DNA of 33,660 bases from a virus (taxonomy: Duplodnaviria > Heunggongvirae > Uroviricota > Caudoviricetes). Below are positions 18,756 through 27,642 of the stretch, one piece after another. Position 1 is the stretch's first letter. Each line of letters starts with the position of its first letter. Below the pieces are notes generated by a model that saw nothing but the letters and a program-made list of their open reading frames with translations, was not told the origin of the DNA and ran no database searches. The translations under genes were made by a program, and so were the position numbers. The stretch lies in IMG/VR virus record IMGVR_UViG_2913167280_000001, one strand, 5' to 3'.

Positions 18756-19098
18756 CAAGAGATACCGTAAAAGTCAGGGGTTCAAAAAAATCTTCGGTGT
18801 GGGCGCTAATCAGCAGGCGACCAGAAAGCGGGGTTTCTTCTGTCACACTGACCGTGCCGGGTGTGATGCGCTCATCATCTTCAATCAGCAGTGTCATCTG
18901 CATCATGATGTCGGCACGAAGTGTCGGGCTTTTTTCAGCCAGCAGGCGCGTTGCCAGTCCGCTCTCAATGATGGCGTGCTGGCAGTCCTGGGCAATACTT
19001 TCCCTGTTGTTGCATAACACCGGCTCACTGGCGCTGTTCAGCGTGAGATTGCGGCCGGTGATGAGCAAATCAATGTAAAGCGGTTTATCAGTATGCAT
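18748..19098 (-). CDS. putative baseplate wedge protein (gpW/gp25-like), about 116 aa
   Basis: Internal ATG at 19096-19098 of the 162-aa track ORF gives a 116-aa product immediately after the tape measure stop; size and position match P2 gpW. The longer ORF overlaps the tape measure gene by 149 nt. Confidence 0.45.
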   Translation of the reverse strand: MHTDKPLYIDLLITGRNLTLNSASEPVLCNNRESIAQDCQHAIIESGLATRLLAEKSPTLRADIMMQMTLLIEDDERITPGTVSVTEETPLSGRLLISAHTEDFFEPLTFTVSLDD

Positions 19099-21184
19099 GC
19101 AGCTCCATCCACTCGTTAAGACGGGCAGGGGATGGATCCTGCACATTGACGTTAACCACACGACGGGAGTTGTCGATGGTGGTCTGGTTTTCGCTGTTGT
19201 TCTGCATCTCTGCCGCAATGCCGCCCGGTCCCGCACTGATGGCTTTGCCGCCGGTTAATACGGAGCCTTCGCCACTTCCTGTGCTTTCCGGTGTGTCGAT
19301 ATTGACGCCGGGGATCATGTTGAGCTTGCCTACAATCCAGCCCCATGAATCACTGAAGGACTGTTTCACCAGTTCCCAGAGGTTACTGAAAATATTCAGG
19401 ATGCCGCCCGCGAGATCCTTCAGGGCATCCAGTGGTGAATGCGTGGAAAAATAGTTAACCAGTGCATTCCAGCCGTCCTGGATTGTGTTCCATGCATTGC
19501 CGAACCATGCCCCCATACTGCCGACCATTTCAGCCACCCACTGAAAGGCGGCGGTATCCATCAGCGCGGCTTTAATCTCATCCCAGCGGGTGATCAGGAA
19601 ATAAATGCCCACGCCCAGCGCAGCCAGTGCCAGGATGATTAATGTGATGGGGCTGAAAAGTAACTGTGTTGCAATTGCGGCTCCGCTGGTGACTGCGGTG
19701 TAGATTTTCATTGCTATGCCGGCGGCACCCAGCGCAACAGAATAAAGCCAGAGTCCGGCGCGCTGTAATTTCAGCAGCGCCAGCTGAATTTTTGCTTTGA
19801 CGTTGTATGTTCCCATAGCAATGGACATGGCCAGATACAGCGCCCTGACCGTTCGGGCAACTACAGTGAATGCCCACATGGTAGCCGTCAGTGTGCGTTT
19901 CAGCAGAATGAGAATCTTCAGCGGCGCAACAGCTGCCAGCCAGACCAGCCGCAGTCCTGTCCAGACAAACTTCGCCACACCCACCATAATGTTGACAACA
20001 GCACCCACTGCGGCAATGCCCAGCAGGGCGGCAGACAGTAAACCAATGGCCCGTGTGATATTGGGATACAGACGTAACCAGGCAACAAAGGATTTACCGC
20101 CTTCGTTGCTTTTCTGGATAAACGGGTACAGAACAGGCAGCAACTGCGTGCCAATTTCGATGCGAATGCCGTTAATAATTGCAGCGGCCTGTTCCCATGG
20201 ATCAGCCATGGCCTGTGCCATTTCGACAGCCTTATCCATACCTTTGATATTGCCCAGCGTGGCGATATTCTTTTCAAGTCCGCCAATGTCTGCATTGAGT
20301 AATTTAATCATGGCCACAGCTTCATCGGAGCCAAAGGCGCTTTTCAGCAAATCGGAATCAGCCACTTTTGACAGATCACCAAATTTACCCCTGATAAGTT
20401 TCATGATCTCGACAACACTTTTCATCGTGCCGTCTTTATTCACGAAATTAAGCCCCAGCTTTTTCTGGGCGCTGCCTACTGCGGCAAGAAATGCCTTGTA
20501 CTTTGTCCCGGCCTCGCTGCCACTCATGGTGGCCTGCAGCTGTCCCAGCACGGCGAACTGTTCAGCCGCATCAATACCGGCCGCTTTTGCACTGGCACCC
20601 AGCGTGGTGAACGCCGCTGACATGTTATCGCCGGTTGTTTTAAACATTTGCACGGCGGTGGCGGTTTGCCCGGCGACCTGCTCCACCCATTTGCTTTTTC
20701 CCATGGCATCAGCCTGGTCTTTAAAGATGCCGTACATGGTGCCCATGTAGGCGGTAATGGTCTGGCTGCTGGATTTGGTTGCTGCTGCCACCGTTGCTGA
20801 TGCGGTGGTGAAGCGGGACAGCTCATCGTCAGTTAATCCGGCAATGGCTGACTGGATGTCGTAAGAAGCACGCACAAAATCCTGCGCAGCCCCGCCGTAT
20901 TCCATAGTGAAATCAACGGCGGCGCGGCTGAGTTTACGCAATCCGGACTCTGCGACGCCCAGTGATTTCACCTCACCGAGCGCCCTGTCCATTTCAATGG
21001 CTGGCATCAGTGCCCCCTGAATGGCTGCACCCACTCCCCAGAGCGCAGCGCCTCCGGTAGCAATGTCCCGAAAGGCTCCCCGACTTGTTGCAGCAAATCC
21101 CTGAACCTGTCGCCCGGCCGCACGCAACGGCCTTGTCAGGCGGTCTGTCAGTTCAAGAAGTAATTCAAGGCGCTGTTGTGACAT
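19088..21184 (-). CDS. tail tape measure protein, 698 aa
   Basis: Long Ala/Gly-rich protein with central hydrophobic segments, directly downstream of the frameshifted chaperone; its ATG overlaps the stop of the chaperone -1 frame (TAATG). Confidence 0.85.
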   Translation of the reverse strand: MSQQRLELLLELTDRLTRPLRAAGRQVQGFAATSRGAFRDIATGGAALWGVGAAIQGALMPAIEMDRALGEVKSLGVAESGLRKLSRAAVDFTMEYGGAAQDFVRASYDIQSAIAGLTDDELSRFTTASATVAAATKSSSQTITAYMGTMYGIFKDQADAMGKSKWVEQVAGQTATAVQMFKTTGDNMSAAFTTLGASAKAAGIDAAEQFAVLGQLQATMSGSEAGTKYKAFLAAVGSAQKKLGLNFVNKDGTMKSVVEIMKLIRGKFGDLSKVADSDLLKSAFGSDEAVAMIKLLNADIGGLEKNIATLGNIKGMDKAVEMAQAMADPWEQAAAIINGIRIEIGTQLLPVLYPFIQKSNEGGKSFVAWLRLYPNITRAIGLLSAALLGIAAVGAVVNIMVGVAKFVWTGLRLVWLAAVAPLKILILLKRTLTATMWAFTVVARTVRALYLAMSIAMGTYNVKAKIQLALLKLQRAGLWLYSVALGAAGIAMKIYTAVTSGAAIATQLLFSPITLIILALAALGVGIYFLITRWDEIKAALMDTAAFQWVAEMVGSMGAWFGNAWNTIQDGWNALVNYFSTHSPLDALKDLAGGILNIFSNLWELVKQSFSDSWGWIVGKLNMIPGVNIDTPESTGSGEGSVLTGGKAISAGPGGIAAEMQNNSENQTTIDNSRRVVNVNVQDPSPARLNEWMELHAY

Positions 21185-21665
21185 TACGATCCCTTAAAAG
21201 CACGGATAATGCCGTTATTGACGGCGATGCTCATATTTTCCCAGTAGTGGTTATCCAGCCAGACGGCGGCAGCCAGTGACTGCGGCGAGTCATCCTCGCC
21301 GGGCAGCCAGTGGCGGCGCAGAATCAGCATCCGGGTAAGGTCATTGCGATCAATGGCCCCCAGATGGCTTTTTATTTTTTTACGGTGATTTCCACTTCCG
21401 GCACAAACTCGTTATTCACGGCTGTTGCCAGGCTGGCTGGCATTCCTGGTTTTTCCAGCAACTGGTTCAGCAGATCGCGGTGCTCTTTAATCACGATACG
21501 GCGCAGGTAGTTTTTCAGCGGCGCGATTTTGTTATCCGGCATGAAGTCGTTCTGCAGGTCGTTGTAGGCTTTTACGGTCGGGATAAACGTCAGTTCATGC
21601 TCGCCGACCTGTAAAGTGATGGTGTTCTCTGCGGTAGTCTGGGTGTTTTTATCGTTCATCATCAT
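21184..21665 (-). CDS. tail assembly chaperone; 97-aa product (21372-21665) plus a predicted -1 frameshift fusion of about 158 aa extending to 21184
   Basis: ORF between tube and tape measure genes with an AAGGA Shine-Dalgarno. Minus-strand slippery heptamer A AAA AAA (21375-21381) abuts the zero-frame stop; the -1 frame is open for 61 codons and ends at a TAA overlapping the tape measure ATG. Confidence 0.7.
21375..21381 (-). promoter_or_regulatory. programmed -1 ribosomal frameshift slippery site (A AAA AAA)
   Basis: Seven consecutive A on the coding strand, in X XXY YYZ register, immediately 5' of the chaperone stop codon. Confidence 0.65.
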
Positions 21666-21729
21666 TTCCTTTTAAAGTCAAGAATAAGAGGGCTTAATAA
21701 GCCTGCAGGAAGGCTTATTAAGCGTAAAA

Positions 21730-22071
21730 TCAGCGCACGCCGTCGTGCTCAAGGCTGAAATGATTGCCATCCGGGCGGTTTTTAAAACGACCGCCCCATG
21801 CGCCACCAAGGGATTCCCAGTACTCGCCCAGCTCGCGGTAGGCCTCTGTGCGGGTCTGATATTCACCGTTAATAAACAGATTAAAATCCACGGCCAGCCG
21901 CTGGCAGTGCAGGCTGTTGGCAATGCCGGATCCCTTTTGTGCGTTGAGTTTTGCCTGTTCTGGCGTGCGGTACGCCTCACCGAACGTCAGGCCATAACCG
22001 CGCTGATGGGCAAACTGGATGAGTTTTCCGATCATGACGGTAAATTGTTGTTGCTTATCGGAGAGTTTCAT
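21730..22071 (-). CDS. peptidase M15-type cell-wall hydrolase (endolysin-like), 113 aa
   Basis: Zinc-ligand pattern H-x6-D (SLHCQRLAVD) plus a C-terminal D-x2-H (DGNH), as in small phage L-Ala-D-Glu peptidases and VanY-like enzymes. Confidence 0.6.
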   Translation of the reverse strand: MKLSDKQQQFTVMIGKLIQFAHQRGYGLTFGEAYRTPEQAKLNAQKGSGIANSLHCQRLAVDFNLFINGEYQTRTEAYRELGEYWESLGGAWGGRFKNRPDGNHFSLEHDGVR

Positions 22072-22175
22072 TTTTGCTCCTTATGAGGTTGCTGAGGTTT
22101 GCGCAGCCAGTACCACAGTGCCCGGATAATTTTCCAGGCAATGGCAGCAGCTTTTTGTTCCCTGCGGGACAGCAT
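22068..22175 (-). CDS. small ORF, 35 aa (MLSRREQKAAAIAWKIIRALWYWLRKPQQPHKEQK)
   Basis: GAGGAG Shine-Dalgarno 8 nt upstream of the ATG; its TGA stop overlaps the ATG of the M15 peptidase gene (ATGA). Below the ORF-track length cutoff. Confidence 0.4.
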   Translation of the reverse strand: MLSRREQKAAAIAWKIIRALWYWLRKPQQPHKEQK

Positions 22176-22180
22176 TGCTG

Positions 22181-22477
22181 TTACTCCTCTTTGTTCTCTT
22201 TCTCGCCCAGCTTCCGGCGCATATGACGCAGGAAGATTTCAACAATCTGGTAACCGGCAACGCCCATTGCAGTGCCTGCGCCGGCAATGGCCAGTGGGTC
22301 AAGGTTCGGGTAACGAACCAGCAGGGCAGCGGCAGAAACACCCAGCGCGCTCCCCAGCAGGGTTCGACCCACAAACAACCGCAACGTAATCGGCTCTGCG
22401 CCAGCCAGCACCCGACTTGCGGCAGCGATTCCGCCCAGAATGCCCAGGGTGATAATGGTGCGCTCATGCTCCTGCAT
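22181..22477 (-). CDS. holin-like small membrane protein, 98 aa
   Basis: Three predicted hydrophobic segments and a highly charged C-terminal tail (RRKLGEKENKEE), a holin-like topology; sits upstream of the peptidase. Confidence 0.5.
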   Translation of the reverse strand: MQEHERTIITLGILGGIAAASRVLAGAEPITLRLFVGRTLLGSALGVSAAALLVRYPNLDPLAIAGAGTAMGVAGYQIVEIFLRHMRRKLGEKENKEE

Positions 22478-22480
22478 GGT

Positions 22481-22936
22481 TCACCCCATCAGTCCGCGCA
22501 CGTCGTTCTCTGAGAGAACGGGCACGCCGTTGATACGCACAAAGTCAGGGCTTGCCACCACGTACTTGATTTTGTGCGTGGTCAGATCTGCGCTTTCGGT
22601 GTCAATGCTTAACAGGCCGGAAAGCATCAGCTCACAACCGAAGGCTTCAACGCGGATTTCTTCAGTGCCCGTGTTGGCGTAAAACACAAAATCCATTGGC
22701 GGCAGATCGCGCCACGATCCCGCCTGAGCAGCCACTTCCCCGAGCTGGTTAAAGCTGCGGGTACTCATTTCGATTTCACCTTCGGCACTGACAGGTCCAC
22801 GCAGTTTACCGTCAGGGATGCCACGGGTTTTGGCAACGGCGCTTTCATCGCTGATGTCCAGTGAGATGCTTTTCACATGGATATCCGTTCCACCGATAAA
22901 GGTGTCAAACGCCATGCCGTTAATGCGGGTCGTCAT
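22481..22936 (-). CDS. putative tail tube protein, 151 aa
   Basis: Follows the sheath-sized gene with an ATGA overlap; size fits contractile-tail tube proteins. Called by synteny. Confidence 0.55.
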   Translation of the reverse strand: MTTRINGMAFDTFIGGTDIHVKSISLDISDESAVAKTRGIPDGKLRGPVSAEGEIEMSTRSFNQLGEVAAQAGSWRDLPPMDFVFYANTGTEEIRVEAFGCELMLSGLLSIDTESADLTTHKIKYVVASPDFVRINGVPVLSENDVRGLMG

Positions 22937-24081
22937 GCCTTTTCCTCCAGAGATTTATCCAGCTGAATGCCCACTTTGATGGTTTTAGGGCAGGCGTAAG
23001 GGCGGACAACAATGCTGATGCTGACCGTCTTTTCGTCCTGCCAGGTGATAACCACGTCGCCTTTTTTTGGGGATTTCACTTCGCCCGGAAACGTGATGCC
23101 GTTAATTTGCATGGATTTCGCCATGGCACGCAGTGGGCGGGCAAACAGCGTTTCATGTGCGGCAATGCTGCCCGGCGTGCTGTTCAGCGAGCGGTCGGCA
23201 ATCTTGGGGATGGCCATCAGCCGCACGCGGCGCGCCACCTTATCAGCAATGCGGACATGCTCAATGACGTTGTAGTCCCCGCCTTCCACTTCAAGTGTTA
23301 CACCGTCAGCCCAGTAAAGGCCGTCATAGTCGGCATACCACATGGGCACGCTGTAGCGGGCGGTTGCCAGTGCCTGCAGAGTGTCGAGATCAATTGCCTG
23401 CCCTGCGCTGTCTTTCGGGCGTTCTGTGGTTTTCAGTGCGGACAGGGGCCCGGTTGCCACACGTGCCGGACTGTCAGCAATGGTGACGGTGCTGTTACAC
23501 AGGCGACCAGCAAGAACGCCCGGTTCAAATCCAAAAATCTCCGGAACCAGCATGACCTGCGGAGCTGCAATGCCTTTCTGTAGCGCGGTCAGTTCGGCAA
23601 CGTATTCCGCCCAGGTTTTACTGTTGTCGTTGGCGGCGATGGTCAGGATGAACCAGATGCGGCGCTGATATTTATTGATGATGGTCTGACGTAACGCCTG
23701 TATGGCGTTGATGTCATCCTTCGTGCTGACCGGTTCGGTGATCACCACGCCTTCAACTGAAACAGTTTCCTGAGCCGCCAGTATGGCGTTCTGCCATGCC
23801 TGGCAGGCTGGCGTTGCTTCTTTGCCTTTGCCGGCTTCCGGCAGAACGGCAACATAGAAAAAGGCATTCTGTCCGGCATTGGTCAGCGCAGACTGAAGGA
23901 AATTCTTCAGCGGATTGGCGTTTGTTCCCAGCAGTTCATCCAGATCGCTGTTGGCATTAACCGGCAGAACCTTACCTTTGTTGTTTTGTGCATTGCCCAC
24001 AAACAGCAGCGTATTTTCCACGCCGTCCGGCGAGCTACTGAACGTGTTGTACTGTTCAATCGTGACAGATGGCCATGTCAT
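22933..24081 (-). CDS. putative tail sheath protein, about 382 aa
   Basis: Largest gene before the tube gene; start set at the ATG at 24079-24081 (AGGAG Shine-Dalgarno 7 nt upstream) rather than the track start at 24213. Not P2 FI-like by eye. Confidence 0.55.
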   Translation of the reverse strand: MTWPSVTIEQYNTFSSSPDGVENTLLFVGNAQNNKGKVLPVNANSDLDELLGTNANPLKNFLQSALTNAGQNAFFYVAVLPEAGKGKEATPACQAWQNAILAAQETVSVEGVVITEPVSTKDDINAIQALRQTIINKYQRRIWFILTIAANDNSKTWAEYVAELTALQKGIAAPQVMLVPEIFGFEPGVLAGRLCNSTVTIADSPARVATGPLSALKTTERPKDSAGQAIDLDTLQALATARYSVPMWYADYDGLYWADGVTLEVEGGDYNVIEHVRIADKVARRVRLMAIPKIADRSLNSTPGSIAAHETLFARPLRAMAKSMQINGITFPGEVKSPKKGDVVITWQDEKTVSISIVVRPYACPKTIKVGIQLDKSLEEKA

Positions 24082-24100
24082 GGTTTGTCTCCTGATTTTG

Positions 24101-24814
24101 TTATCTCGTGCCGCCGTAATGCAGGCTGCGCAGCTGCGCTTCCAGAATGCGGGCAAATTCAGCATCGCTGGCTCCCAGAAATGCGCGGGAAGGGATTTTG
24201 ATTTCCCATACACGTTTTTTCTGCTCGCCTTTCAGAATGCTGATCACCAGTCCGGCCTGCGCCATACTCATGTTTTCCATAATCCATTTCAGGGAAGGTT
24301 TTCTGCGCCCCCTGCGCCCGGTCTTTTTGCTGACTGCGCCGACGGGGGCGCGAAAGCCCAGAGAAAGAAGGCGTTCTGCCTGCCGTCGTGTGGCGGGACG
24401 GGTGCGCATGGCTTCGCTGTCCCGGCGTTTTGTGGCGCGGCCTTTGATGGTTGCGCCGTGCTGTTGCACCCACGCGACCGCCCCACCATGAGAGCCGGTG
24501 TTGTAATCCCCTTTTTTGAAGAAAAGGCGGACACTTTTCCCGCTGCCGTCAACCCTGATGGCCAGCAGTTTCGGCAGTCCCAGCAGCATTTTGTTTTTAT
24601 ACCTGCCGCTGGCTTTATCCGGTCTTTTTCGTGGTGCCCAGGCTGCCCCCTCCGGTGTTCGCTGTGCTTTCACATTGCGTCGTGCAGCCGGTATCAGGCC
24701 GTATTTCGCAATGCGAACCAGCAGCCTTTTGGCCTTTGCCGGCGGAAGTTCTGCCTCTCTGATGGCGCGACGAACCTGCCGGAGTTGTGACTCGTTAATC
24801 ACGGGGCGCGTCAT
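24101..24814 (-). CDS. putative virion morphogenesis / tail completion protein, 237 aa
   Basis: Basic protein between the head completion gene and the sheath gene; called by position. Confidence 0.4.
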   Translation of the reverse strand: MTRPVINESQLRQVRRAIREAELPPAKAKRLLVRIAKYGLIPAARRNVKAQRTPEGAAWAPRKRPDKASGRYKNKMLLGLPKLLAIRVDGSGKSVRLFFKKGDYNTGSHGGAVAWVQQHGATIKGRATKRRDSEAMRTRPATRRQAERLLSLGFRAPVGAVSKKTGRRGRRKPSLKWIMENMSMAQAGLVISILKGEQKKRVWEIKIPSRAFLGASDAEFARILEAQLRSLHYGGTR

Positions 24815-25284
24815 GGCATCACCTGGCAGTGAAGCTGATGCGCCTGAGCCACCCAGATTTCAGGCTTTTCCAGCTGGTAACGTTTCCCGCCTCTGGGGAT
24901 GGGGCCGTTTTCGTCCTCAACCAGGGTGATGGGATCAACCAGCGGCAGACTGATTTCCAGCCATGCCACTTCATTTTCATCATCCACTTCGACGTCAACG
25001 GTTGGCGCATCCAGTGCCAGGCGCTGGCGCAGGTCGCCGCCGTTGTCTGCCAGCCAGGCTTCAACCAGAGAAAACACCAAATCCGGATTGAGCTGACGAT
25101 AGGGCCATGCGTCCCATCGCAGAAAAGCCGTATATTTTCGGACCTGTGTGCATAACTGCCCGTGCCCCAGCGACTTCGTAAACGGAATGAGCGTGATGTC
25201 ATCCATGTCACTGGTGAACGGAATGCGTGAGCGTGCCGGCAGATTGTTTTCAATGAATGCCGTCAGGCTGGCGAGTTGCGTCAT
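24811..25284 (-). CDS. putative head-tail joining / tail completion protein, 157 aa
   Basis: Immediately downstream of the L-like gene, ATGA-coupled to the next gene; size close to P2 gpR. Confidence 0.4.
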   Translation of the reverse strand: MTQLASLTAFIENNLPARSRIPFTSDMDDITLIPFTKSLGHGQLCTQVRKYTAFLRWDAWPYRQLNPDLVFSLVEAWLADNGGDLRQRLALDAPTVDVEVDDENEVAWLEISLPLVDPITLVEDENGPIPRGGKRYQLEKPEIWVAQAHQLHCQVMP

Positions 25285-25293
25285 ACCGTTACC

Positions 25294-25788
25294 TTAATCA
25301 ATCAGCGCGATGGATGCACGTGGTCGGCCCAGCAGCGCCCGCACCGCCATTGCCGCTTCAGCCAGCAACGTCCGGCGGCTCTCGCTGGCTTCTGATGAGG
25401 GCTGCGCCTCGCGTCGCCCCACGCTGGCAGATTCCGGCAAAAGATCGGCCTTTGCGCGGGCATACACAGCCTTGGTGTAAAGTGCTGTAATGTGGTTCTG
25501 CATCCGTTCAGGTTGTGCATCCGTATTGCGCGGCTCTGGTTGCAACACGGTGTAACCCGGAATATCGGCGGCCCGGGTGTAGCCCTGTTCCTGCCAGTAT
25601 TCACGGCGTGCAGCCAGTTCAGTGTTAATCTCTGTTACCGCGCAAAGCAGCGCCGTCAGCACCGTTTCGTGTGACGTGACGGCGGGGATGCTGCGGCTCT
25701 TTTCAAAATCGCCGGCATCAATATCCGGCCAGAATCCATCGTTCTGAATAATGGCCTGCTGATAGTGAATGCTTTTCCCGTCAAACAT
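25294..25788 (-). CDS. head completion/stabilisation protein (P2 gpL-like), about 164 aa
   Basis: Follows the M-like gene as in P2; start set at the ATG at 25786-25788 (GGAG upstream), because the longer track ORF overlaps the M gene by 97 nt. Confidence 0.55.
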   Translation of the reverse strand: MFDGKSIHYQQAIIQNDGFWPDIDAGDFEKSRSIPAVTSHETVLTALLCAVTEINTELAARREYWQEQGYTRAADIPGYTVLQPEPRNTDAQPERMQNHITALYTKAVYARAKADLLPESASVGRREAQPSSEASESRRTLLAEAAMAVRALLGRPRASIALID

Positions 25789-25886
25789 GCTCACTCCGGG
25801 GAAAGGCGGGCTGACCGGTTTCCGCAGTGTGCTGATGGCTTTTACCGGCACACCTCCACCGCGCCCGCCCGGTTGTTGGGAGTTGT

Positions 25887-26597
25887 TTACGTGCCCTGCA
25901 ACGCGCGCAGTCTTGCGGCAATGCGCTGGCGCAGGGTTTTCACCTGAATTTTGGGATGCAGCCAGGCAGCCCGTTCCAGGCACTGGTCGGCCTGTTGCAG
26001 TCTCTCCGGATCGTTAATTGCGCTGGCCTGTGGCTTGCCGTCATCGCCGCGCAGCAGCAGGATGCCTGCAAAGCGCCAGTAGCGGGCAGCAAGGCGTTCA
26101 TTCACGCGCCATTTGTCGCGGATTTTTTCAAACACCTGCTGAAAATATGGCGCGATACTGTTCCCGCGTTCAGCTTCGTTTTCTGCCCATTCAAGAATGA
26201 AATGGGCCACAAACGTTGGCAGCTCGCTTTTGAAGTTCTCCGGCGTCTTTTGCCCCTGCTCAATGGCAATGTCAGCCCACCGCAGCGCCATCTCAAACTG
26301 CCCGGTATCGAACAGCCAGATGATGCAGTACACCAGAATGGGATTCTGATAGACGCGTTCCCCCTCCAGATAAGCCTGTGCGTGTGGCAGCCAGCGGGGC
26401 AGCAGCGTGTTCCGCTTGAATTCCAGCTTGTCAGACAGCAGCTCCATGTTGTGCAGTTGTCTGACATCGTTATCCAGTGCCAGCAGCTTAATGTGCTGAC
26501 TCTCTGTGCTGACGGCGCGCCCGTCTGTTCTGGTCATGAGCGCCGCACGGCGCTCATCCATCTGTCGGGCACGTTGTCGCTGCATTGGCGTTGGCAT
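25887..26597 (-). CDS. terminase small (endonuclease) subunit, P2 gpM-like, 236 aa
   Basis: Block LLPRWLPHAQAYLE...ILVYCIIWLFDTGQFEMALRWADIAIEQGQKTP resembles the remembered conserved gpM-family region; sits in an O-N-M-L order. Confidence 0.75.
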   Translation of the reverse strand: MPTPMQRQRARQMDERRAALMTRTDGRAVSTESQHIKLLALDNDVRQLHNMELLSDKLEFKRNTLLPRWLPHAQAYLEGERVYQNPILVYCIIWLFDTGQFEMALRWADIAIEQGQKTPENFKSELPTFVAHFILEWAENEAERGNSIAPYFQQVFEKIRDKWRVNERLAARYWRFAGILLLRGDDGKPQASAINDPERLQQADQCLERAAWLHPKIQVKTLRQRIAARLRALQGT

Positions 26598-26614
26598 ACC
26601 GTGCGCTCCGTTTA

Positions 26615-27628
26615 TCAGGCGATGGTGACCGCAGACTCATCCACGGCAGCATATAAATCCGGATCGCCCAGGGCGTACCCCTCATAACGCCAGTATGAGT
26701 TTTCGAACTGTTTGCGATCGCCCACATCTTCTGCCTTGCGGCGGCGGGAGCCTTTCAGCGTCAGGATCTGCAGGTTTGGCAGCATGGTCACCACCATACG
26801 TTTGCCCGGCATAAACGGCGGAATGATGGCCTTGCGGCCCGCAATGTTCTTCGTCAGCAACTGTGCGGCCACTTTTTCGGTGGGCTTGTCCTCTTTGTTG
26901 TAGAGGCGTAGTTCTTCAGCAGCCACAAGGTCTGCGCCAACCAGTACAGTAAGGCGAGGATCGTTGTGATATTGCGCCGGGATATAAGTGCGGATCAGGT
27001 CTGAGGCCATGGCATCAAGGCTGACATAATCACCGCCTTCGCCCAGGGTAACGGCGTCCGTCAGAATACGGGAGGTATTGCCGGGCTGTTCTCCCCACTT
27101 TTTGGCGATTTCATGCCAGCCGACGTTAACGTCTTCGCCGTTCGGGTGACTTTCCGGGTCAGAGTTTTCAGCAGCCTCTTTACCGTTAAAGCCAATGCGC
27201 AGCATGTCCAGCGCAAAGTTGGTGACGGCGGCGGAGTTCATCAGGTTGAAAAATTCCTGCGGGCTGCCGGCATTCGCCCAGATGGCGAGTTGTTCCCAGG
27301 TGATCACGCAGCAGGAATCAGTTTCAACGAGTTTAAATTCGTTGCCTTTGATGCCCGAACCTTTAGCGAAACGACCGCTTTTCACGCGACCGGTGCGCAG
27401 CGTGGATTCGCCCACGGTGACGACCTGCCCTTGCGGGTGCGGAACGTCCATGCAGGTGATGAAACTCAGAAATTCCGTGCTTTCCAGCAGGGCTTTGCGC
27501 AGGGCAATACTGCGTGGCTCGGTCAGCGAAAAGAAACGATCGCTTGATTTCCCGCAGTCACTGAATGTTTTTTGCAGTTCGCTGATGTACTGATTAACCA
27601 GCTTTTGTGCTTCTGGTGTCATGTTCAT
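26615..27628 (-). CDS. major capsid protein, P2 gpN-like, 337 aa
   Basis: Conserved blocks GFNGKEAAENSD, VGW, LGEGGDYVSLDA and DPRLTVLVG match remembered P2 gpN. Confidence 0.85.
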   Translation of the reverse strand: MNMTPEAQKLVNQYISELQKTFSDCGKSSDRFFSLTEPRSIALRKALLESTEFLSFITCMDVPHPQGQVVTVGESTLRTGRVKSGRFAKGSGIKGNEFKLVETDSCCVITWEQLAIWANAGSPQEFFNLMNSAAVTNFALDMLRIGFNGKEAAENSDPESHPNGEDVNVGWHEIAKKWGEQPGNTSRILTDAVTLGEGGDYVSLDAMASDLIRTYIPAQYHNDPRLTVLVGADLVAAEELRLYNKEDKPTEKVAAQLLTKNIAGRKAIIPPFMPGKRMVVTMLPNLQILTLKGSRRRKAEDVGDRKQFENSYWRYEGYALGDPDLYAAVDESAVTIA

Positions 27629-27642
27629 TGCGTTCTCTCCGG

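Noticed and set aside
18093-18770. 225-aa plus-strand ORF
   Set aside because: Antisense to the J-like baseplate gene in the tightly coupled minus-strand operon.
19797-20750. 317-aa plus-strand ORF
   Set aside because: Antisense shadow of the tape measure gene; the Ala-rich codon bias of that gene leaves long open antisense frames.
23522-23532. tRNA T-loop-like motif GGTTCAAATCC
   Set aside because: It lies inside the sheath coding sequence with no acceptor-stem or anticodon-arm complementarity around it; a coincidental match.
23915-24790. 291-aa plus-strand ORF
   Set aside because: Antisense to the sheath and morphogenesis genes; no start context.
25956-26687. 243-aa plus-strand ORF
   Set aside because: Antisense to the small terminase and capsid gene junction.
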